A stretch of 21,736 bases of DNA from Candidatus Heimdallarchaeota archaeon (GTDB lineage Archaea > Asgardarchaeota > Heimdallarchaeia > Heimdallarchaeales > Heimdallarchaeaceae), in NCBI GenBank assembly GCA_016839945.1, contig JAEOTE010000010.1:1-21736 (forward strand), written 5' to 3'. The first letter of the stretch is position 1. Each line of letters starts with the position of its first letter. Positions 1 through 8,021 of the stretch are shown in pieces. The notes below the pieces were generated by a model. It made no database searches. It worked only from the letters and a program-made list of their open reading frames with translations, and was not told where the DNA came from. The translations under genes and the position numbers were made by a program.

Positions 1-292
1 GTATTTATGGATAGAAGCATTGGATGAAATAGCTCTTCTAGCTCCTGAAATAATCATTCCAGGTCACGGCGAAATTACAAACCTAATGCGATTAAGGGAA
101 CAGAAACAACATATGATAAATTGCATAGGTTGGATGGAACATTTTCTAGAAGATGGAGGAACTCTTGAAGAGCTTGAAACAAGAAATGATTACCCTCATA
201 AAGAAGAGGTACCCGGAATTGAATTTATTGTTAAAATTTCTAAGGAAAGACTTTATTCTGAAGTAAAGAAAAAGAAGGAAGAAGAGGATTAG
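1..292 (+). CDS. MBL-fold metallo-hydrolase, C-terminal part (5' end truncated by window edge)
   Basis: Frame is open from base 2 (YLWIEALDEIALLAPEIIIPGHG...). The W..AL....L....IIPGHG pattern is the last metal-ligand motif of cyclase/glyoxalase-II-like MBL proteins. The TTG at 20 is therefore internal. Confidence 0.75.
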   Translation, partial: YLWIEALDEIALLAPEIIIPGHGEITNLMRLREQKQHMINCIGWMEHFLEDGGTLEELETRNDYPHKEEVPGIEFIVKISKERLYSEVKKKKEEED

Positions 293-307
293 AAGGAGCC
301 AATTTAG

Positions 308-347
308 AATATAGCAAAGAAGGTTTTTTCTTATACCTTCTTATATT
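308..347. terminator. Stem-loop between convergent genes, possible terminator or 3'-end structure
   Basis: AAGAAGGT (317-324) pairs with ACCTTCTT (335-342) around a T-rich loop. AATAT (308-312) pairs with ATATT (343-347). Confidence 0.3.
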
Positions 348-412
348 GTCTCCCTTACTGAAAAATGGGTTTTTAGAATACAGTCTAGACCTTACTAGAA
401 GATACCTAGATT

Positions 413-1174
413 TTATTTTCCTAGGAAAAGCAATTTCAGAAAACCAGGTAATCTACGAATTGGAAACATAAACGCTGATCGTTTTATGTATTCCTTATGT
501 TCTTCTCCACTGCGAGCTATTAATTCTCTATCTTCCCTTAGGCCTATTACGACACAGGGAATAATCTGAAATGTAGCTGCAACAAGAGCTATCCAAGTAT
601 TACTCACAAAACCCATTGCAAGACCACCCGAGAATAAAGCGAGATGTAGAGGATGCCTGATAAACGAATATATTTTGCCTCTGACTATTCCTGTTTCTTC
701 TGGAAAGACAGTAAAAAGATCCATACCATGAGTCATCATTGAAAATCCTGATTTCTCTATTTGAATTGAAGTAGATACAAATAGAAATACACAGAACACT
801 ATAAGTATAACTTGAGCCCAGATTGGAAGTATTTTTGAGCCTTTGATGAAAGCAGGATGGAAGAAACAAGCATACCAAGCGACTAAATAAGGTAAGATAA
901 ACACATATAGGAATCTCTGATATGCAAGATCTTGATATTTCTTCCTATATATTAATGCATAACTGAAATGTATAAGTCCAATTATGCAAACAATCACGCA
1001 CATAATTGCTTGAGATAAAAGAGGTCCCCACCATTCAACCTTATTTACAAAATAGAAGAACAATACTGAGATTGCTATTAAACTAATCACATATAAGATA
1101 GTTAGAAAAACATATTGCCATTTTCTTAACAATGGAACTTTTTCGAGGAAGAGTTTGAAATCATCTGCATTCAT
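413..1174 (-). CDS. Isoprenylcysteine carboxyl methyltransferase / PEMT-family integral membrane methyltransferase
   Basis: Several hydrophobic helices. GKIYSFIRHPLH resembles the family motif G.Y..vRHP.Y. C-terminal REDRELIARSGEEHKEY...FMFP resembles EE..L...fG..Y..Y.....fiP. Confidence 0.7.
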   Translation of the reverse strand: MNADDFKLFLEKVPLLRKWQYVFLTILYVISLIAISVLFFYFVNKVEWWGPLLSQAIMCVIVCIIGLIHFSYALIYRKKYQDLAYQRFLYVFILPYLVAWYACFFHPAFIKGSKILPIWAQVILIVFCVFLFVSTSIQIEKSGFSMMTHGMDLFTVFPEETGIVRGKIYSFIRHPLHLALFSGGLAMGFVSNTWIALVAATFQIIPCVVIGLREDRELIARSGEEHKEYIKRSAFMFPIRRLPGFLKLLFLGK

Positions 1175-1313
1175 GGTTTACATCTTCTATAACAAACTAA
1201 AGGTTTCATTTTGTTTTAATTTGGTTCTTTTTACTATATAACACTGAGCAAGAATTATAAGTTTTAGGTGATTGTTAGTAAAGAATATTAATGTTTTAGA
1301 ATGTTGCCACTTC

Positions 1314-2288
1314 ATGAATAATGCAGAAGTAAATAGAGTAGCTGAAGAATATCTTATCAAGATAGGAAAGTTATACGATTTTAATCATGATGTTCTCTCT
1401 TATGTAGGTGGAATAGAAAATCATGTTTATTCTTTTTCTAAAGAGAATCAAGAGTACTTTGTTCGTATTGGTGATAGCAAACATATGACCTTCGAACTTG
1501 TAGAATCAGAGATTGATTGGGTAGTTTATCTCACAGAAAATGATGTACCAGCAGTTAGACCCATACAATCTACAAATGGGAGATATATCGAAAAAGTGGA
1601 AAAAGATGGAGGACATCTCAATGTAGTGGTTTTTGAGAAAGCTAGAGGAAAACATCTAGACCATAGAAATCCACAGGATTGGTCAGATGAAACCATTATA
1701 GATTTTGGAAAAATAACTGGTAAGATGCATACCCTTGCAAAGAACTATCAAACAAAGACTTCGAAGCGTTATGAGTTTCAACCCTCTCTAGACATAAAAA
1801 ACATGCTAAAGAACGAAGATGATGAAATAGTGGAAATTATAGTAAAAATTTTTCATGAAGCTGAGAGTTTACCCAAAGACAAAAATGGATATGGTTTGGT
1901 TCACGGTGATCTACATACAGGAAATTTCTTTGTTGAAAATAATAGAATATCTGCTATTCTAGACTTTGATAGAACTTGCTATAAGTGGTTCATTTCAGAA
2001 GTTGCCGTAGCACTATTCTATCCTCTATATGCTACTCATTTAAGTAAAGATAAGGAAAAACAAATAGAATTTATCAAACGTTTTATACCCTTATTCATGG
2101 AAGGGTACAATACAGAAAATACATTAGACTCTTTTTGGATGGAGAAGATTGATCTCTTCGTCAAAGTCAGGCATGCCATTTTATACATGTATCTCCCCCC
2201 ACAATTGAATCACCTAAAAGAAGAAAGTGGACAAAGATTAAGGGAAGATAATTACCTTGATATTCAAGAAACATTGAAAACCGTTTGA
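1314..2288 (+). CDS. APH/choline-kinase-fold phosphotransferase (homoserine kinase type II / YerI-like)
   Basis: Brenner motif HGDLHTGN, metal-binding ILDFD, N-lobe GGIENHVY...VRI and ESEIDW. The start is uncertain: ATG at 1314 was chosen, and TTG at 1272 is in frame. Confidence 0.8.
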   Translation: MNNAEVNRVAEEYLIKIGKLYDFNHDVLSYVGGIENHVYSFSKENQEYFVRIGDSKHMTFELVESEIDWVVYLTENDVPAVRPIQSTNGRYIEKVEKDGGHLNVVVFEKARGKHLDHRNPQDWSDETIIDFGKITGKMHTLAKNYQTKTSKRYEFQPSLDIKNMLKNEDDEIVEIIVKIFHEAESLPKDKNGYGLVHGDLHTGNFFVENNRISAILDFDRTCYKWFISEVAVALFYPLYATHLSKDKEKQIEFIKRFIPLFMEGYNTENTLDSFWMEKIDLFVKVRHAILYMYLPPQLNHLKEESGQRLREDNYLDIQETLKTV

Positions 2289-2330
2289 AATTGATGAAAA
2301 AACTGAGATCACATAACATGGCCCAGACCT

Positions 2331-2355
2331 CTTTTTTGTTCTCTCTTTTCTCTTC
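2331..2355 (+). terminator. Pyrimidine/oligo-T tract, archaeal-type terminator
   Basis: CTTTTTTGTTCTCTCTTTTCTCTTC about 40 nt after the kinase stop codon. Confidence 0.4.
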
Positions 2356-2411
2356 TAAAACTTTTTATTCAACTCATTCTTTGTAATGAGTCGTACATTT
2401 GAGGTTTAATA

Positions 2412-4787
2412 ATGAAGTTATTAGAACCATTTGTTTTGAACAAAATCAAGTTGAAAAACCGCATCATCATGCCCAGCATGGATACTAATTTTGGGGATGA
2501 AGAAGGAAACGTTCCTGATAAGTCAATAGAATATTATGAACTAAGGGCGAAGGGAGGAGCGGGTTTAATCATAGTTGAAGCAGCTTATTTTAACAAAGTG
2601 GGTGCTGGAACAACAACAATGCTTAGTATTGACAGCAATAAGAGAATCAAAAAATTCAAGGAAATAGTCAATGTGATTAAGAAACATGGATCACGTTGTT
2701 TAGTCCAAATCTATCATGCTGGTGCTCAAGCATCTTCATTTATGATTGGTCTTCAAGCTGTTGCTCCTTCCGCTGTACCTTTTGAAATGTCAGGAGAAAC
2801 TCCTATACCACTAACAAAAAATCAGATTTCTAAATTTGTTAAAGAATATGGGGATGCTTGTCTAAGGGCAAAGAAGGCAGGTTTCGATGGTGTTGAAATT
2901 CATGCTGGTCATGGTTACTTGCTCAACCAATTCTTTTCTTTAAGAACAAACAAAAGAAAAGACGAATATGGAGGACAATCTTTTGAGAATAGAACAAGAA
3001 TAGCAATAGATGTTATCAGAGAAGTAAGAAAAAGATGTGGTAATGACTTTATTTTAGGAGTTAGAATCAATGGTAGCGATTATATTAAAGATGGCTTAGA
3101 AATTGATGACATTATTCAAATCTCCAAGATACTTGAAAATGAAGGTATTGATCTTATAAATGTTACAGGGGGGGTTTTTGATAGTCCTAGATTTCCAGTT
3201 GTTCCATACATGAATTATCCTCGAGGTTGTTTTGTAGAAGATGCTCAACGAATTAAAGAAGCGCTTAAAAAAACTCCTGTTGCAGTTGTTGGAAGGATAA
3301 ATACTCCAGATGTTGCAGAAGAGATTCTACAAAATAATAAAGCAGACCTTATAGCTATAGGTAGAGCGTTATTAGCAGATCCGGAATTTCCAAACAAAAT
3401 AAAAGAAGGGAGAATTGAATCAATTAGAACTTGTATTGGTTGTAATACTTGTTTAAATCAAATTATGACTGAGCAACCAGTGCTTTGTTCCATTAATCCC
3501 AATCTTCTAGATTCAGAAGAAAGTATTCAGAAATCAGAAACTCCAATAAGCGTTCTAGTGGCAGGTAGTGGGCCTGCGGGATTAGAATTTGCTCGTATTG
3601 CTAAATTGCGAGGTCATGATGTGAAAATAGTTGAAAAGGATTCAACGATCGGGGGATCATTGAACCTAGCAAAAATAGCTCCAATGAAAAAAGAAGTAGA
3701 GAATTTGATCAATTATTATCAATACATCATAGAAAAACTAGGAATAAAAATTGAATTTAATACTTCTCTTTCCAAAGAAGTTATAGATGAATTTAATCCC
3801 AATTCCGTTGTTCTAGCAACGGGAATCAAGCCAAAAACACCGGATATAATAGGAATTAAAGAAGTTAAATTCTATAACTACGTAGATGTTCTAAAAGGGA
3901 ACATCCCAAAAGGACAAAGAATTGTCGTATTAGGAGGAGACATGATTGGAATCGAAATTGCTGAATTTCTATCATGTGCAAATAAAGAGATCGTTGTAGT
4001 TAGTGAAAAGAAAAGGTTGGGTACTGATCTTTATTCACTTGTAGCTAGAGAAGTAGTGCAAACAATTGAGGAAGACGATAAAATAGAAATAGTGCTCGAA
4101 ACAGAAGTTAAGGAAATCAAGGAAAATAAGCTAATTGTTCTTCAAAATAATCAAGAAGCAAGTATTGTTTTCGATGATATTGTTACTACTTCTGTCGAAC
4201 CTTCAATTGATTTAGAAAACGTTGTTAAGGATAATGTTGAGAAATCTTTCAAAATTGGTGATTGTAAGGAAGTACATCCAAGAAAAATCTTGGATTCAAT
4301 TAGCGAAGGTTATGAATTAGGTTTGATTATAGAAACACCTGAAGCCGATCTGTTATATTCTGACATTCTAGAACTAAAAGAAGGGGATTTAAAATCATTA
4401 ATTAAAATGAAAATGAAGAGACGTACATTCACTAATGATGACATTCCTGAATATCTAGAAATGATGGTTCAAATATGTAATGAAAATGAGAAAATACGAA
4501 AGAAGAATAAGAAAACTCAGCTCTTATTTCAGATACAAATAGGTGATGATAAAAATTATTACATAAAAATTGAGAATGGTCATTTCTCTGCTGGTGAAAG
4601 CAAAGTGGAAAATCCTAATGTTACAGTCTGCATGGATGAATCTATTGCTAGTGGCATCTTTATGGGAACAATAAACGCAGCTTCAGCTTATATGGCAAAG
4701 GAATTGAAATTTGAGGGATCGATGATGCAAGGAATAAAATTTAGAACTTTAACCGATGCAGTAATCAAAGAATTAGAAAATACATAA
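2412..4787 (+). CDS. NADH:flavin oxidoreductase (OYE-like FMN TIM barrel + 4Fe-4S + FAD Rossmann; 2,4-dienoyl-CoA reductase/BaiCD-like) with C-terminal SCP2 lipid-binding domain
   Basis: LKNRIIMPSM, RAKGGAGLII, GFDGVEIHAGHGYLLNQFFS, Fe-S motif CIGCNTC-x11-C, GSGPAG and VVLATG. The last ~110 aa have an SCP2 pattern (YYIKIENG...PNVTVCMD...G.INAASAYM..ELKFEGSM). SD-like GAGGT lies upstream. Confidence 0.85.
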   Translation: MKLLEPFVLNKIKLKNRIIMPSMDTNFGDEEGNVPDKSIEYYELRAKGGAGLIIVEAAYFNKVGAGTTTMLSIDSNKRIKKFKEIVNVIKKHGSRCLVQIYHAGAQASSFMIGLQAVAPSAVPFEMSGETPIPLTKNQISKFVKEYGDACLRAKKAGFDGVEIHAGHGYLLNQFFSLRTNKRKDEYGGQSFENRTRIAIDVIREVRKRCGNDFILGVRINGSDYIKDGLEIDDIIQISKILENEGIDLINVTGGVFDSPRFPVVPYMNYPRGCFVEDAQRIKEALKKTPVAVVGRINTPDVAEEILQNNKADLIAIGRALLADPEFPNKIKEGRIESIRTCIGCNTCLNQIMTEQPVLCSINPNLLDSEESIQKSETPISVLVAGSGPAGLEFARIAKLRGHDVKIVEKDSTIGGSLNLAKIAPMKKEVENLINYYQYIIEKLGIKIEFNTSLSKEVIDEFNPNSVVLATGIKPKTPDIIGIKEVKFYNYVDVLKGNIPKGQRIVVLGGDMIGIEIAEFLSCANKEIVVVSEKKRLGTDLYSLVAREVVQTIEEDDKIEIVLETEVKEIKENKLIVLQNNQEASIVFDDIVTTSVEPSIDLENVVKDNVEKSFKIGDCKEVHPRKILDSISEGYELGLIIETPEADLLYSDILELKEGDLKSLIKMKMKRRTFTNDDIPEYLEMMVQICNENEKIRKKNKKTQLLFQIQIGDDKNYYIKIENGHFSAGESKVENPNVTVCMDESIASGIFMGTINAASAYMAKELKFEGSMMQGIKFRTLTDAVIKELENT

Positions 4788-4867
4788 TAAACCACTATAA
4801 TATTAAAAAACTTAATATGATGTGTTTTAGAATGGAACTGTAATTAAACTATAGAAGGTTCAGCTAG

Positions 4868-5944
4868 ATGCCTACAGTTTTCAAATATGATAAAGGTATT
4901 AGATTCTATAATACAACAAATGATGTAAGGTTTATAGCAGATCCTACCACAACAAAAGCTGCTCAAGATTGTAATGCTGCTTTTATAACTCATGCTCATA
5001 CAGACCATTCTATAGCTTTTCCAAATGTTAACATTAAGGTTTACTCTACGAAAATTGCGAGTTATTTGTATGAAAAACTCACTTCAAGAGAAGTCAAAAA
5101 CACACATTTTGCAGAATTTAATAAGAAGATTAATATAGAAAATATTGACGTTAAATTTCTACCAGCAGGACACCTACTAGGTGCTGCACAAATAATGTTC
5201 TATTTCGATGATTTGAACATATTATATACCGGAGATTTAAGTACAGACGAAATGTTAACGGTGCCAAAAGCTTCTATCCCTGAAGAACAAACAGATATTC
5301 TACTTATTGAGTCAACTTACGGATTGGAGGAATTTGTTTTTGATTCTAGGGAAAAAATCAAAACATCAATTTTGAAGTGGGTGGTCGAAAGTCTTCAGAA
5401 AAATTGTATACCAGTTATCAATATTGGACACTTAGGACCAGCTCAAGAAATAATCTCATATCTAAACGAAATGCTATCCGTAGACATTTATTGTGACCTT
5501 AGAACAAGTGAAATTAACAAAGTATACGAAAATGAAGGTATAAAATTAAACTGGACTAGCTTTGATTCACTGAATGATTCGGATTTTAAATCCGAAAAAG
5601 GTGTTGTTCTTTTACCTCGAGCAACTAAGGAGCTACCACTTTTTCTTAATAATAAAAAAACATCTAGAGCCATGATTACTGGACAAGCTATAAGATTTCA
5701 CTATTCTAGTTTTGAACAAGCGTTTCCTTTCTCTATGCATTCAAATTGCAGAGAATTATTAGAATTTATTAAGAAAGTAAATCCAAAGAAAGTTTATACT
5801 CTCTACGCTTATGATTCAAAATTTGCAGAAATTATTGAGAAAAAGTTGAAAATAAAAGCACAAAAATTGAAAGCGTTTACGAAACCTACTGAAATAGATA
5901 AAAAGAAGAAAACACTTGATGAATTTAAAGAATTTAAAAAATGA
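4868..5944 (+). CDS. MBL-fold beta-CASP nuclease (COG1236-like)
   Basis: THAHTDH (HxHxDH), PAGHLLGAA, YTGD, IESTYG and FSMHS motifs in the expected order. Confidence 0.8.
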   Translation: MPTVFKYDKGIRFYNTTNDVRFIADPTTTKAAQDCNAAFITHAHTDHSIAFPNVNIKVYSTKIASYLYEKLTSREVKNTHFAEFNKKINIENIDVKFLPAGHLLGAAQIMFYFDDLNILYTGDLSTDEMLTVPKASIPEEQTDILLIESTYGLEEFVFDSREKIKTSILKWVVESLQKNCIPVINIGHLGPAQEIISYLNEMLSVDIYCDLRTSEINKVYENEGIKLNWTSFDSLNDSDFKSEKGVVLLPRATKELPLFLNNKKTSRAMITGQAIRFHYSSFEQAFPFSMHSNCRELLEFIKKVNPKKVYTLYAYDSKFAEIIEKKLKIKAQKLKAFTKPTEIDKKKKTLDEFKEFKK

Positions 5945-5946
5945 AA

Positions 5947-6435
5947 TTAGAGTAAGTATTCGTCCTCTTTTTCTTTTTCTGTTGCTTTTTCAACAACACG
6001 AATAGATTCACCAGAAATAGTCACTGGTATTTGAAGATCCATAGCAAGTAATTCAACTGTTACTTCCTCTTTGCCGACGTTTATATCTAAAATCCTTGCT
6101 CTAGAACCTTTGAAAGGACCATTAACGACCTCAACTATATCATTAATATCCACACCTTCAATAACTGGTCTTGGAACTAGAAAGTGGTCTAATTCGTTTA
6201 TTGGGATTTCTTCTGCTCTAGATGCCCTGGGTCGTTTTCTTACATGTCTCATTCCTTCAACCAAGAGTTCAACATCATCAATTGATTTAGCCTCTACGAA
6301 AATATACCCTTTCAAGCCACCAGGAACTAAAACTGAAAAAATTTGAAGTTTAGGTCGGTTTTCTGCTCTACGTGCAAGTTGTTCACTAAGAGTGTGTTCC
6401 TGACCTATTGTAGTTCTAAGAGCATAAATTGCCAT
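5947..6435 (-). CDS. spt5: Transcription elongation factor Spt5 (archaeal NusG homolog)
   Basis: NGN domain (IYALRTTIGQE...LKGYIFVEA) and KOW motif (DIVEVVNGPFKG). Start moved to ATG 6435, which has AAGTGA 5 nt upstream and does not overlap secE. Confidence 0.95.
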   Translation of the reverse strand: MAIYALRTTIGQEHTLSEQLARRAENRPKLQIFSVLVPGGLKGYIFVEAKSIDDVELLVEGMRHVRKRPRASRAEEIPINELDHFLVPRPVIEGVDINDIVEVVNGPFKGSRARILDINVGKEEVTVELLAMDLQIPVTISGESIRVVEKATEKEKEDEYLL

Positions 6436-6445
6436 TCCTATCACT

Positions 6446-6643
6446 TTATCCTTGTTGTATTGCACCTATTATTGCGTTAAATAAAAGACTTAGAACATAT
6501 CCTATAACACCGATAACAACTACACCTATTGCACTCATTTTAGTAGTAATAGAGAGTTCTCTTCGTGTAGGCAATTTTGTGTGTCTTAGTAATCGTTTAC
6601 TGCTTTGAAGGAAATTTCTAGTCTTTACAACGATTTTACTCAT
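6446..6643 (-). CDS. secE: Protein translocase subunit SecE / Sec61-gamma
   Basis: 65 aa with RLLRHTKLPTRREL followed by a single TM helix IGVVVIGVIGYVL. Lies directly upstream of spt5. Confidence 0.9.
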   Translation of the reverse strand: MSKIVVKTRNFLQSSKRLLRHTKLPTRRELSITTKMSAIGVVVIGVIGYVLSLLFNAIIGAIQQG

Positions 6644-6710
6644 TTGGTTTTCCTCTGAAGTTAAATTGTTATGTTACTTTTATTTATTCTGGTGATTAAC
6701 ATCGCTTGAA

Positions 6711-7208
6711 TTACACATCGTCTTTAGTTAGAAGGTCGTCATATTTACCTTCATCTATTTCTTTTTGCACATCTCTTGGATCTTTTTCTTCACAAGTTAC
6801 TCCCATTGTGACCATTGTTCCAAGTATCTCTTTACACCCTGATTTCAACTTTGAAGCAGCTAAATCAATCATTTTGGAATTGGTAATTTCAATCAATTGT
6901 TGGAAACTAATATTACCAACAATTTCAGTATTTGGAGTGCTAGAACCTTTTGAAATCCCTGCAGCTTTAAGAACTAATGCAGATGCAGGGGGAATACCAA
7001 TATCAAGTTCAAAGGTTCGAGTTGTTTTATTAACTGTAACTACAACAGGAACCTTCATTCCTTGATAAGCGCTTGTTTTCTTATTTATTTCATCAACTAT
7101 TTTTTTAATATTCACTCCAAGTGGCCCTAGAGCTGGACCCATTGCGCCGCTTGATGATGCGTTTCCACCATCTACAAGTAAATCTACGGTAACTATTTCC
7201 GCACTCAT
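6711..7208 (-). CDS. rpl11: 50S ribosomal protein uL11
   Basis: GPALGPLGVN, GMKVPV, GIPPASAL, KEILGT..TMGV and archaeal-type tail KDPRDVQKEIDEGKYD. Confidence 0.97.
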   Translation of the reverse strand: MSAEIVTVDLLVDGGNASSSGAMGPALGPLGVNIKKIVDEINKKTSAYQGMKVPVVVTVNKTTRTFELDIGIPPASALVLKAAGISKGSSTPNTEIVGNISFQQLIEITNSKMIDLAASKLKSGCKEILGTMVTMGVTCEEKDPRDVQKEIDEGKYDDLLTKDDV

Positions 7209-7325
7209 GGATTATTCCTCATATATATGTTGTTCAAATCAGAAACAAAAGAAACGCTACTTAAAGGTAACGATTTTTAACTAAAGGTTTTGCTAGTCGA
7301 GAATTTTGCTTGACTTCTTTGAAAT

Positions 7326-7343
7326 CAAAATGTTTATAATAAA
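7326..7343 (+). promoter_or_regulatory. Candidate BRE/TATA promoter for the Sm-rpl37e unit
   Basis: CAAAATG-TTTATAAT about 45-50 nt upstream of the Sm ATG. A GGAG SD lies before the ATG. Confidence 0.4.
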
Positions 7344-7382
7344 ACTTCAAGTTCAGAAAACGTAAGAACTGGAGTTATAACT

Positions 7383-7619
7383 ATGTCATCAAATAAACCA
7401 ATGGATATACTTAACGATTCTCGCGAAAAAAGAGTATTAATTCGATTAAGAGGAAAAAGACGAATGAGAGGAATTCTCAAAAATTACGACCCTCATCTAA
7501 ATCTTACATTAGAAGACGCAGAAGAAATAGGTGAAGAAGGAAGTAATAAACTTGGAGATATAATTGTTCGTGGAGATAATGTTATAATGATTAGTCCACC
7601 CCCCCCACAAGAAAAATAA
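7383..7619 (+). CDS. Sm-like archaeal protein (SmAP/LSm)
   Basis: Sm1 motif (RGILKNYDPHLNLTLEDAEE) and Sm2 motif (IIVRGDNV). The linkage to rpl37e is conserved in archaea. Confidence 0.95.
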   Translation: MSSNKPMDILNDSREKRVLIRLRGKRRMRGILKNYDPHLNLTLEDAEEIGEEGSNKLGDIIVRGDNVIMISPPPPQEK

Positions 7620-7631
7620 GAAGTGATAACT

Positions 7632-7796
7632 ATGACAAAAGGTACACCATCATTTGGAAAACGTAACAAAAAAGCACCTCATATTATTTGTAGAAGATGT
7701 GGGAACCGTTCTTTTCACAGACGTCACAAAATGTGTGCGTCTTGTGGTTTTGGAAAAACTACAAAGATAAGAAACTATGCGTGGCATAGACACTAA
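7632..7796 (+). CDS. rpl37e: 50S ribosomal protein eL37 (54 aa; absent from the ORF track)
   Basis: Hand translation: [54 protein letters not shown]. Contains the TKGT.SFGKR signature and a CxxC...CxxC zinc ribbon. Confidence 0.97.
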   Translation: MTKGTPSFGKRNKKAPHIICRRCGNRSFHRRHKMCASCGFGKTTKIRNYAWHRH

Positions 7797-7819
7797 TCTT
7801 ATTGTGGTTGATTTTTGTA

Positions 7820-7896
7820 GGGCCGATAGATCAGCCTGGAAGATCGCTTCCTTGGCATGGAAGAGGCCGCGAGTTCGAATCTCGCTCGGTCCACCA
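7820..7896 (+). tRNA. tRNA-Ala(GGC), CCA encoded
   Basis: Acceptor GGGCCGA/TCGGTCC with G3.U70. Anticodon arm CTTCC-TTGGCAT-GGAAG. T arm GCGAG-TTCGAAT-CTCGC. Ends in ACCA, followed by a T tract. Confidence 0.97.
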
Positions 7897-7908
7897 TTTT
7901 GTTTTTTA
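7897..7908 (+). terminator. Oligo-T terminator after tRNA-Ala
   Basis: TTTTGTTTTTTA directly after the CCA. Confidence 0.5.
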
Positions 7909-7987
7909 TACGAAAATTTTGGTAATTTTTCTCTATTTTTTAGTGTGTTCAGTACATCGTTTAGACGCTTCCAATTTCAGCCTTAAA

Positions 7988-8000
7988 TAAGTTTATATAT
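7988..8000 (+). promoter_or_regulatory. TATA box for the 546-aa gene (probably leaderless or short-leader mRNA)
   Basis: TAAG-TTTATATAT, with the TATA core starting 30 nt upstream of ATG 8022. Confidence 0.5.
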
Positions 8001-8021
8001 TGTAATTGTGGTTTTAGAGGT

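Noticed and set aside
383-410. Three CTAGA copies in the first intergenic region
   Set aside because: Too short and not regularly spaced; CTAGA is frequent throughout the window. Not CRISPR-like.
6071-7065. Plus-strand ORFs 6071..6346 and 6706..7065
   Set aside because: Antisense shadows of spt5 and rpl11 with Ser/Ile/Phe-rich composition.
7255-7272. Imperfect palindrome CGCTAC-TTAAAG-GTAACG over the likely rpl11 TATA box
   Set aside because: Only a 5/6 match, with no second copy noticed; could be chance.
7777-7990. ORFs 7777..7986 and 7802..7990
   Set aside because: They overlap tRNA-Ala (and 7777..7986 also overlaps the end of rpl37e); the translations are tRNA shadow sequence.
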